A stretch of DNA of 37,413 nt from a virus. The notes under the pieces are model-generated. The model was not told the DNA's origin. It ran no database searches and was given only the letters and a program-made list of their open reading frames with translations. Below, in pieces: positions 30,357-37,413 of this stretch. Location of the stretch: positions 1-37,413 of IMG/VR virus record IMGVR_UViG_3300002460_000014. One strand, given 5' to 3'. The translations under genes and the position numbers were made by a program. Within the stretch, counting starts at the first letter, position 1. Every line of letters begins with the position of its first letter.

Positions 30357-31993
30357 AAATACAACAAAATCAAAATGGAGGAGTGATAACTTTTGGAACA
30401 GAAGATTTCTTTGGGCTTATTTCTGGTTATGGAGATGGTTCTACCATAAATTATTCAAAAATTGGCAAGGGAGCTGAACGATTGGTTGCGGTCAATCCTT
30501 ACCTTAATTCTTTGGGGGCTTTACAACCTGGATTGCTTGGTACTGTTTTAACTGACGCAGATGTTCAAGTATTAACAACTATTATTAATGCTGTGGTTGA
30601 GAGAACTGGGGCAAATGTAAAGTATTGGTTGCTAGAAGTTGGCAGCGCAACTAACGATGCTCAAATTCATTTAATATCAGCTAGTTCACCCGCCGCTCCA
30701 TACACTATTTCTACCACAGCACCATTCCCTTACAAAATTGGTGACGGGACTGGCGCTCACGCTCACGCCGACTTTTTAGGCGAAGACATTATTACTTTTA
30801 ATATTGATGGTACGGAATACATATTTTATTCTTATAATGACGCTACTGATGGTGACGTTGGTAGGGTGGGTATTGCTCCAGCAAATGATGCGGCGTTCAC
30901 GGATAATTGGTTTGATAATTCTACTGGCGGAGAAGCGTTAAACAAAAATGCCCCGCATCCAATGATTGTCGGAGACGACCAGAAATTATATATTGCTGAT
31001 TTGGCTGTTACTGGAACACTCGCAAAATTATGGCAAGTGAGTGATGCGGGCATTATAGCCAGTTTTACCACTATCGTTCCGAGAAATTATGTCATAAGAA
31101 GTTTTACTAAAACTCCAACTCATTTGGTAATTTTTGCTAATAAAATAAAGGCTTCTGCCACGGCATCAACAGAGCGAGGCGAGGCAATAGCTTTATTTTG
31201 GGACTACGCCGCTCCTGTAGCAAGTTATTTTTATAGATTAAATGATAACGAAGTAACTTGTGGTTTTAACTGGAATGGGATTATCGGATGTTTCACAACA
31301 GGAAGAATCGCCGAATTTGCCAATACGGGGTATCGAAGTAAATTACAAATTCTTGAAGGCGGTAGGTTTGTTCCAAAATTTAATTTCTCCGAAGCCGCGC
31401 CAATTCACGGCGGTTGGGATATTGTAAATAATATGCTTTGTTGGAATTCTAATGGTGTGGTTTATTCCTATGGCAGTCCATATCCTGATTATCCGGCGGT
31501 AGTTAATAAAATAGCCCAGATTGTTTCAGGAGGAGCGACAGCAAGTGGTTTTTTAAAAGCTCTTAATGGACTTGAAATTTATATATCTACTGGTTCAGGA
31601 ACAAATAATGAAGTATTTAAACAGGCGACAACATTTTATGCCACTTCTGCTTGGCGGGGCATTACCGCCGAGCCATTATTCCCGCCCAAAACGCAGGGCA
31701 AAGTGGACTATGTAGAGATAGGATTTTTCGGTTCAGCAGCGAGCGGTAGAACAATAACTATCACTTTAGATTTTGATTACGGTAATTCAACAAAAACGGT
31801 GCTAAATGCGGTCGGAACGATAACGGCAGGTAAACAGATACTATATCGCAGTTCAGACAGTTCTGGGGGCAGTTTCCCGCCATTTTCGGCTATAAAACCA
31901 ATAGTATCGTGGGCGGCAGGTTCAGGAAGTAGTGCTACGCCAAAAATCAGCTTCATAAAAATATATTACAGCTTAAAAGCGATTACATTTTAA
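30353..31993 (+). CDS. large tail structural protein
   Basis: 546-aa ORF. Assigned by size and position only. Confidence 0.65.
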   Translation: MKIQQNQNGGVITFGTEDFFGLISGYGDGSTINYSKIGKGAERLVAVNPYLNSLGALQPGLLGTVLTDADVQVLTTIINAVVERTGANVKYWLLEVGSATNDAQIHLISASSPAAPYTISTTAPFPYKIGDGTGAHAHADFLGEDIITFNIDGTEYIFYSYNDATDGDVGRVGIAPANDAAFTDNWFDNSTGGEALNKNAPHPMIVGDDQKLYIADLAVTGTLAKLWQVSDAGIIASFTTIVPRNYVIRSFTKTPTHLVIFANKIKASATASTERGEAIALFWDYAAPVASYFYRLNDNEVTCGFNWNGIIGCFTTGRIAEFANTGYRSKLQILEGGRFVPKFNFSEAAPIHGGWDIVNNMLCWNSNGVVYSYGSPYPDYPAVVNKIAQIVSGGATASGFLKALNGLEIYISTGSGTNNEVFKQATTFYATSAWRGITAEPLFPPKTQGKVDYVEIGFFGSAASGRTITITLDFDYGNSTKTVLNAVGTITAGKQILYRSSDSSGGSFPPFSAIKPIVSWAAGSGSSATPKISFIKIYYSLKAITF

Positions 31994-32012
31994 CATTAAC
32001 TAACTAAAAAAT

Positions 32013-32228
32013 ATGGCGACAAAAACGAAATATGTGAAAATTAACGACAATGAATTCCAAGTCGTAGAAACCAAAGAAGAAACTTGTGTGGTTAAACTTG
32101 ATTTTATAGAAACAGATATAGCCCATAAGGATAAGTTGATAGCTAATTTACAAGATGGAATAACCAATCTTGAAGCCGAAAAAGCGAAGCTAATTGAGTT
32201 AAGAGATTCATTAAAAGCAGTTAAATAA
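32013..32228 (+). CDS. small coiled-coil protein
   Basis: 71-aa ORF. Confidence 0.55.
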   Translation: MATKTKYVKINDNEFQVVETKEETCVVKLDFIETDIAHKDKLIANLQDGITNLEAEKAKLIELRDSLKAVK

Positions 32229-32229
32229 G

Positions 32230-32258
32230 TTGAAAAAAATGAGTTTTTGTGGTAAAAT
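32230..32258 (+). promoter_or_regulatory. promoter TTGAAA-N17-TAAAAT with extended -10 (TGG)
   Basis: ttgaaa at 32230-32235, tgg at 32250-32252, taaaat at 32253-32258. Confidence 0.5.
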
Positions 32259-32280
32259 ATATTATAAATTTTAAAATAAA

Positions 32281-33927
32281 ATGGCAACTTTAGATATTAT
32301 AAAAGACCCAGTTACGGGCAAGTCATATTCAAGAGACACAAGCATAGCAGGAAGCACTTATGCTCCTTATACTGCGCCAGCTATTCAACCTGCCCCTGTT
32401 ATTGCCCCAACAAAAACTCCTACTGTTCAATCCATACAAAGCGGGCTTAATGATTTATTGAAAGGTCTGGGAGGCGCTTTAAATACTCAAACAGGGCAGG
32501 TAAATATCACTGCCGATCAACTTACTGCGGCTACGCAACCTAAACCGATTGATTTATCTGGGGCTACGCCGACAATTCCAAAGATTGATCCAGGTGTTAT
32601 TGCCACAGGTGCGGGTTCAGATACCGCTAATTTGCAAAAATACATAGATTTATTTACACCAAAAGAAACTCCTGAAAGTAAAAAAGTTCAAGATTTAATT
32701 TCAAAATACGAAACAGATATTGAAGGATTAAAAGGCAGAGGCGAAGCTCAACTTACCGCCGAACAAACTCAAGGAGTTCAACAAAAACGAGAGGCGCTTA
32801 CTTCTGTTCAAAATCAGATGCTTACCAAAAAAGCGGAATTTGACAAGATTGAGGCCGATTATATGAAAGCAGTTCAGGCGACAGAGAGAGTGCCGGGAAC
32901 TACAATAGGAATTGTAGCCGGACAGCAAAGAGAGTTGGCAAAAGATTTAGCGATACAAAGAACTGCTCACGCCGCAGAGCTTGGATTACTTCAGGCTCAA
33001 GGATTGGCTTTACAAGGAAATCTAACAGATGCTCAAAATGCCGCTAATCGTTCTGTTGATTTGAGGTATGGAGATGCCAAAGACGCTATTGAAATTCGCT
33101 TAAAACAACTTGAACTATTAGAAGGACAATTAACTAAAACAGAAAAGATAAGGGCAGATGCCATTACTGCTTATTTGAACGACCAAAAAACTGCTATCGC
33201 TACTCAACAGGCAAGTGAAAAAGATAAGAATGCCACACTTTTGAATCAGATGCAGAAGTATCTTGATGCCGGAATACAGATAACCGATACTTTGGAACAG
33301 GCAAATCAGAAAATAACCACTAAGAGCGCGATTTATAATAAGGAAATATCGCAAAAGGCCGAAAGTTCTGGTCTTACTCCATATCAACTTATTTCTTCAC
33401 GAAATCAAATAGAAGACAATTTAAGAAGTAATCCATCAGTTCAGGCATACGGGCAACTTGTTAATTTTGGAGTACCAGAAGTGATTAACAGATTTAATAA
33501 GGGTGAAACAGACAGTGTCGCTGACACAATTCTCATGAGAAGTTTAGCAAAAGTCACAGACCCAACGACTGGTGTAAGAGAAGAAGAATATAGGACCTTT
33601 GAAGACTCTGTTGGCGCCCTAAATAGGGTATTCGTTCTTCCGAAACAGTGGATAGGCAAGGGTAGATTAACCGAGGAGGGCAGATCCCAAATGATTAGGG
33701 AAATTAAAGATAGATTTGATAATCGCCAGACCGATTACTTAAATCAGTACCAGTATTATAATAATCAAGCGGCTCAAATGAATCTAACAATCCCTCCGCC
33801 ATACCAAGTATCGCAACAAAAAAAGGAGGAAGAAATTAAAAGTAATACAACTCCCACGCTAACCGCTCAATCACCTAATATACAAGGATTCTGGTCAGGA
33901 GTTGGTAATTGGTTATTTGGAGAATAA
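32281..33927 (+). CDS. large coiled-coil virion protein (internal/ejection or tape-measure-like; weak)
   Basis: 548 aa with long Q/A/L-rich helices. Confidence 0.6.
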   Translation: MATLDIIKDPVTGKSYSRDTSIAGSTYAPYTAPAIQPAPVIAPTKTPTVQSIQSGLNDLLKGLGGALNTQTGQVNITADQLTAATQPKPIDLSGATPTIPKIDPGVIATGAGSDTANLQKYIDLFTPKETPESKKVQDLISKYETDIEGLKGRGEAQLTAEQTQGVQQKREALTSVQNQMLTKKAEFDKIEADYMKAVQATERVPGTTIGIVAGQQRELAKDLAIQRTAHAAELGLLQAQGLALQGNLTDAQNAANRSVDLRYGDAKDAIEIRLKQLELLEGQLTKTEKIRADAITAYLNDQKTAIATQQASEKDKNATLLNQMQKYLDAGIQITDTLEQANQKITTKSAIYNKEISQKAESSGLTPYQLISSRNQIEDNLRSNPSVQAYGQLVNFGVPEVINRFNKGETDSVADTILMRSLAKVTDPTTGVREEEYRTFEDSVGALNRVFVLPKQWIGKGRLTEEGRSQMIREIKDRFDNRQTDYLNQYQYYNNQAAQMNLTIPPPYQVSQQKKEEEIKSNTTPTLTAQSPNIQGFWSGVGNWLFGE

Positions 33928-33931
33928 AAAT

Positions 33932-35233
33932 ATGGGAATAATACAAAAAGTAGGAAAATTTTTAGGAGTTGATAAGTTTGCCAAAGGATTAGCAACTACG
34001 GGTAGGATTTTAACTGGTGAATTCCAACAGGACTTAGATGTTCAAAATCAAAACAGTTTAATGATACAAAAACTGGCTTACGCTATACGAAACGAAAAAA
34101 ATCCTGAACAAAAAACAAAGTTAATGAATTTGTCTCAACAGTTTAGAGATAAACCACTCCCTACCCCGGGTCAAATTGACCCAGGGATTGATTTAACTAC
34201 TAAAGAAGTTATTGGAAGTGCCGCTAATGTTGCTTTAAATGTGGCGATGCCAGGAGCTTTTAAGGGGGGCAAGGTAGTAAAAGTTGCTAAAAATGTTGCT
34301 TTAGGGGCTGGATTCGGAGCCGCTTCAGGATTAGAAAAAGACCGCGATATTTCAGGGATTATCGGTTCAACTACTGGAGGAGCATTAGTCGGTGCAGGCA
34401 TTGGAACATTTGGTCTTGCGGCAAAAGCGGCTAAAGATTTTATTGGTGCTACAGTTCCTGAGTGGTTAATGAATAATGCTATTAAACCAGCACTTCAAGA
34501 TTTAAAAAAGAATGTCAGATACGGTGGCGAAACTCTTGGGAAACAATTATTAGATGAGGGGGTAAAAGGCGGTCCGAAAAGACTTTTAGAGATTGCAAAC
34601 ACGAAAACAATTGAATTGGAAAATCAACTACAATCTGTTTTAACACAACCCGGCTTAGAAGAGGCGACAATAGTGAGAGATAAAATAATTCCTTATATTA
34701 AAGATTTGGTTGAGCAAAAATCTGGAACGCCAGGAATGGGGGGCGATGTTCAAAGAATAAAAAATATAGTTGATTCCATACCCAAATCAATGACTATACC
34801 AGAGGCGAATATAATGAAGCGTAGAATTTATACGGAATTAAGGGATGTGGCTTATAAATTAGACGCTAAGTTGGGAACTAAGGCAGCCGTTTTAAAGCAA
34901 ATAGCAAGAGGTCTAAAAACAGAAATAGAAAACGCTACTGGAGGAACGTTAGTAAAAGACATAAACCAAAAATTGTCTATTTATGGTCGCTTGGAAAATT
35001 CAATGGTAGATCAACTCGCAAGAAGTATGAGGAATAACGGGTTAGGACTTACTGATGCGATTTTGTTGGCAGGTGGAGATACTACAAGTATATTAGCTCT
35101 TTTAAGACATCTTGGACAAAGAACTGAGACCTATGTCGCCCAAGGATTATCAAATGTGAAAGGAGTTGGAACCGGTGCGGTTGGCAAAACAATAAAAGAA
35201 GTGGGTCGTAGAGGAATTTTTAATCTCCCCTAG
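33932..35233 (+). CDS. virion protein with a Gly-rich hydrophobic segment (internal/ejection-protein-like; weak)
   Basis: ATG 33932 follows the upstream stop. Contains GAGFGAASG...GGALVGAGIGTFGLAA. Confidence 0.6.
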   Translation: MGIIQKVGKFLGVDKFAKGLATTGRILTGEFQQDLDVQNQNSLMIQKLAYAIRNEKNPEQKTKLMNLSQQFRDKPLPTPGQIDPGIDLTTKEVIGSAANVALNVAMPGAFKGGKVVKVAKNVALGAGFGAASGLEKDRDISGIIGSTTGGALVGAGIGTFGLAAKAAKDFIGATVPEWLMNNAIKPALQDLKKNVRYGGETLGKQLLDEGVKGGPKRLLEIANTKTIELENQLQSVLTQPGLEEATIVRDKIIPYIKDLVEQKSGTPGMGGDVQRIKNIVDSIPKSMTIPEANIMKRRIYTELRDVAYKLDAKLGTKAAVLKQIARGLKTEIENATGGTLVKDINQKLSIYGRLENSMVDQLARSMRNNGLGLTDAILLAGGDTTSILALLRHLGQRTETYVAQGLSNVKGVGTGAVGKTIKEVGRRGIFNLP

Positions 35234-35381
35234 TCATACGAAAACTACTATGTTTTGGTTCTACTTTTTCTGGTTCTTTTTGAGGATTTTTCGGGGAGTA
35301 AAGAGTATTACCAAAAAGACCAGTCCAAGGATTAAATAATCCACCCAAAAGAATCAACCCAATAATTAATATAAATATCAT
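35220..35381 (-). CDS. candidate 53-aa membrane protein; would be the only minus-strand gene
   Basis: MIFILIIGLILLGGLFNPW... occupies the 206-nt + strand gap. No clear SD. Confidence 0.3.
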   Translation of the reverse strand: MIFILIIGLILLGGLFNPWTGLFGNTLYSPKNPQKEPEKVEPKHSSFRMTRGD

Positions 35382-35439
35382 AAATTTAAATTAGTTTGTT
35401 CTTTACCTTATTTAACCACATAATCAAAACTTTGTAAAT

Positions 35440-36252
35440 ATGCCACAAGACCAAGAAAAACTTAAAAAATTCTTAAAAGAACTCAATAAAGTAAATCTTT
35501 TCCAAAAGATTAAATCAACTAAAGATATTGATTCTATTGTTGATATTCTTTCGCTATTATTGACCCAACTAAAAGCACTTCAAAACAATCAAAATGAAAT
35601 TTCAAAACAAGTTTTGGATTACATAAAGAAAGAAGATTTAGAGGGTATTATTTCTAATATTGCATCAAAAGTCCAACAACTTATAACAATCCCACAAGAT
35701 GGAGAACGAGGCGAACAGGGCGAGAAGGGAGAGCGAGGTGAAAGAGGAATTGGATTAAAGGGCGACAAAGGAGACAAGGGTGAACAAGGAATTTCTGGTA
35801 TTAACGGCAGAGACGGGACCATAGGATTGCCGGGCCTAAATGGTGCTGATGGTAGCCCAGATAATGGAGAAATGATTGTCTCAAAACTTGAATCTTTAGA
35901 AGATAAAGACAAACTAAAAATATCCGCCATTAAAAATCTTGAAGAAGAACTTGAAAAGCTAAAGAAACAAAAAGACTGGCAAGTTATTTATTCTGGTGGA
36001 GGCGGAGGAGGCGGCCGCATAGTAAAATCTTACGATATAAGCAGTGAACTAAATGGAAGCACTAAAACATTTTCACTACCTGCTTTTTGGAGAGTTATTA
36101 GTGTTCATAGTAGTTCATTCCCTAATGCTTTTAGAGAAACAACTGATTACACAACCGACGCTGCGGCAATGACGATAACTTTCACAAGTGAAATAGACGC
36201 GCCAACCACTTTGGCAACAGGGCAGACAATTATTGTAATATATGCGGAGTAA
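35440..36252 (+). CDS. collagen-like repeat fibre protein
   Basis: GERGEQGEKGERGERG...GDKGDKGEQGISGINGRDGTIGLPGLNGADG (35701-35868), followed by a GGGGGGG run. Confidence 0.8.
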   Translation: MPQDQEKLKKFLKELNKVNLFQKIKSTKDIDSIVDILSLLLTQLKALQNNQNEISKQVLDYIKKEDLEGIISNIASKVQQLITIPQDGERGEQGEKGERGERGIGLKGDKGDKGEQGISGINGRDGTIGLPGLNGADGSPDNGEMIVSKLESLEDKDKLKISAIKNLEEELEKLKKQKDWQVIYSGGGGGGGRIVKSYDISSELNGSTKTFSLPAFWRVISVHSSSFPNAFRETTDYTTDAAAMTITFTSEIDAPTTLATGQTIIVIYAE

Positions 36253-36253
36253 T

Positions 36254-37413
36254 ATGAATCCAGCTATAAAATATATATCAATTTTAATCGTAATCGGTTT
36301 AATGCTTGGTTTTAGTGTTTCTATCGCCAATGCTTCAATCTTTGACTGGTTTAATTCTTTATTTAATTCTTCTGAAGAATTGACTTTAGGAGCACCGTCT
36401 TTAGGAACTTTCCACAAAGATTTATTTCCACTTTCAAATAATACTTATGTTTTAGGAACTTCAACTCGCCAATGGCTTCGTGTTACTTCACAAAATGCTT
36501 CTACCACTAACTTTACCGCCACTAACGCTTGGATTACTAATCAAACAATAGATGCCTTAACCATATCTTCTTTAGCTGTATCGCCTTTTGTGGTTGGCGG
36601 AACTGCCACTACTACAATTTATGGCAATGGTTCTGTTTCAACATTTGGAGGCGGGGCTACTTTTAATGGAGTATTAACTGCTACCAGCTCTGTTTATTTG
36701 GCGACAGTTGGAGGCAATGTGGGTATTGCTTCATCATCGCCACTGTCAGTTTTAAGTATCAATGTTTCAAATAACAATGGGGTGAATCAAGCTCTTAATA
36801 TTACTAATGCCACTGGATCGCTAATGTTCGTAAGAAGCGATGGGAATATTGGCTTTAGATCAACCAATCCCTTATCTGTATTGGATATACAGGCCCCAGC
36901 TGGAGAAGAAGCCCTAATCCTGCGTGCTCCCGGTTCGGGTACTCAAGATGCGATGCAGGTCATCAACAATGCTGCTGCGACATTGCATCAGCTACGTATG
37001 GATGGATTATATGTTAATACTGGTGGGTTTAAGGCAACTGGACAGGCAAGTTTTGCAGGTTCTGGAACAGGATTAGAATTTTCTTATGACGGTGTAAGTG
37101 GACATTTTCGAGTGCATGACCGTGTTTTAAGCGATTGGCTGCCTTTTCAAATCAACGACGCTATTCATGTTTCAGGAGATAATGGAGGAAGTGTCAAGGT
37201 AGGCATCGGCACGGCAGGTACAGCCCCTACGCAAATGCTCACGATGGAAGGCAACGCGGCAAGAACGTTTCTGGTCGAACGCCACACGTCAGCCGATACC
37301 GCAGGCAACAATCTGACCGTCCAATCAGGCGGGGCCACCTCCGCCGCGACCGACAAAGCCGGTGGCGAGCTGCGCCTCTCAAGCGGCATCTCGACTGGCA
37401 CCGGCGGCTCGTT
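36254..37413 (+). CDS. tail fibre protein, N-terminal and central part (runs off the window and continues at 77..356)
   Basis: Checked by hand: open frame from ATG 36254 to the window end. Signal-like N-terminus MNPAIKYISILIVIGLMLGFSVSIANAS. Not in the ORF track because no stop occurs before the window end. Confidence 0.8.
   Translation, partial: MNPAIKYISILIVIGLMLGFSVSIANASIFDWFNSLFNSSEELTLGAPSLGTFHKDLFPLSNNTYVLGTSTRQWLRVTSQNASTTNFTATNAWITNQTIDALTISSLAVSPFVVGGTATTTIYGNGSVSTFGGGATFNGVLTATSSVYLATVGGNVGIASSSPLSVLSINVSNNNGVNQALNITNATGSLMFVRSDGNIGFRSTNPLSVLDIQAPAGEEALILRAPGSGTQDAMQVINNAAATLHQLRMDGLYVNTGGFKATGQASFAGSGTGLEFSYDGVSGHFRVHDRVLSDWLPFQINDAIHVSGDNGGSVKVGIGTAGTAPTQMLTMEGNAARTFLVERHTSADTAGNNLTVQSGGATSAATDKAGGELRLSSGISTGTGGS
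37338..37413. repeat. 76-bp terminal direct repeat, identical to 1..76
   Basis: Read directly. Confidence 0.95.

Noticed and set aside
35619-35930. 103-aa minus-strand ORF
   Set aside because: It is the antisense shadow of the collagen-like GGN-rich repeats, giving a Pro/Ser-rich translation with no independent support.
37196-37413. Diversity-generating retroelement (DGR) variable region in the tail fibre gene
   Set aside because: There is no reverse-transcriptase ORF anywhere in the genome. I found no second, adenine-differing copy (template repeat) of the GC-rich segment. The only local resemblance elsewhere, tccgccgc at 18083, is an 8-mer and consistent with chance.
1-37413. Recoded genetic code (for example TGA or TAG reassignment), CRISPR arrays, tRNAs and a lysogeny module
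   Set aside because: The standard code gives long, tightly packed, motif-bearing ORFs ending in all three stop codons. No spaced direct-repeat arrays were seen by eye. No cloverleaf-compatible sequences and no integrase, recombinase or repressor signatures were seen either.

Overview
The window is one complete genome of an AT-rich tailed dsDNA phage. Bases 1-76 are identical to bases 37338-37413, which gives a unit length of 37,337 bp (circular assembly closure or terminal redundancy). Gene order suggests a podovirus-like phage, because I see no tail tube, sheath or obvious tape-measure gene. Essentially all genes are on the + strand and tightly packed, with many ATGA/TAATG start-stop overlaps.

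Modules:
- Tail fibre gene, wrapping the window junction: 36254..37413 plus 1..356.
- Lysis cassette (358-2250): amidase, holin-like protein, transglycosylase.
- 490-nt non-coding control region (2251-2741).
- Early/replication region (2742-12600): small N6A methyltransferase, two perfect DnaA boxes, a replisome-organizer gene with internal iterons, an HNH endonuclease, a VRR-NUC nuclease and many small ORFs, several of them Cys-rich.
- Packaging genes terS/terL (12742-14332).
- HNH endonuclease, beta-class DNA methyltransferase and two tandem GT-A glycosyltransferases (14329-17662).
- ORF-poor, GC-elevated island with a perfect sigma70-type promoter (17.8-18.4 kb).
- Late morphogenesis operon (18577-36252): portal, scaffold-like protein, a second HNH, capsid protein, papain-like peptidase, several S/T-rich proteins with signal-peptide-like N-termini, and a collagen-like fibre.

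I recognised no integrase, repressor, DNA polymerase, primase, helicase, tRNA or CRISPR array.

Most interesting observations:
- Two paralogous HNH cassettes carry their own promoters. One leaves a relic of the methyltransferase 5' end. The other sits where the capsid gene's start codon should be.
- An unclassified structured/non-coding island lies between the glycosyltransferase genes and the late operon.
- A 112-nt rod-shaped RNA element lies ahead of the Cys-rich genes.
- A roughly 320-nt high-GC mosaic segment sits inside the tail fibre gene.
- The glycosyltransferase pair may act on the S/T-rich, signal-peptide-bearing late proteins.

All functional calls come from motifs read by eye. No database search was possible.
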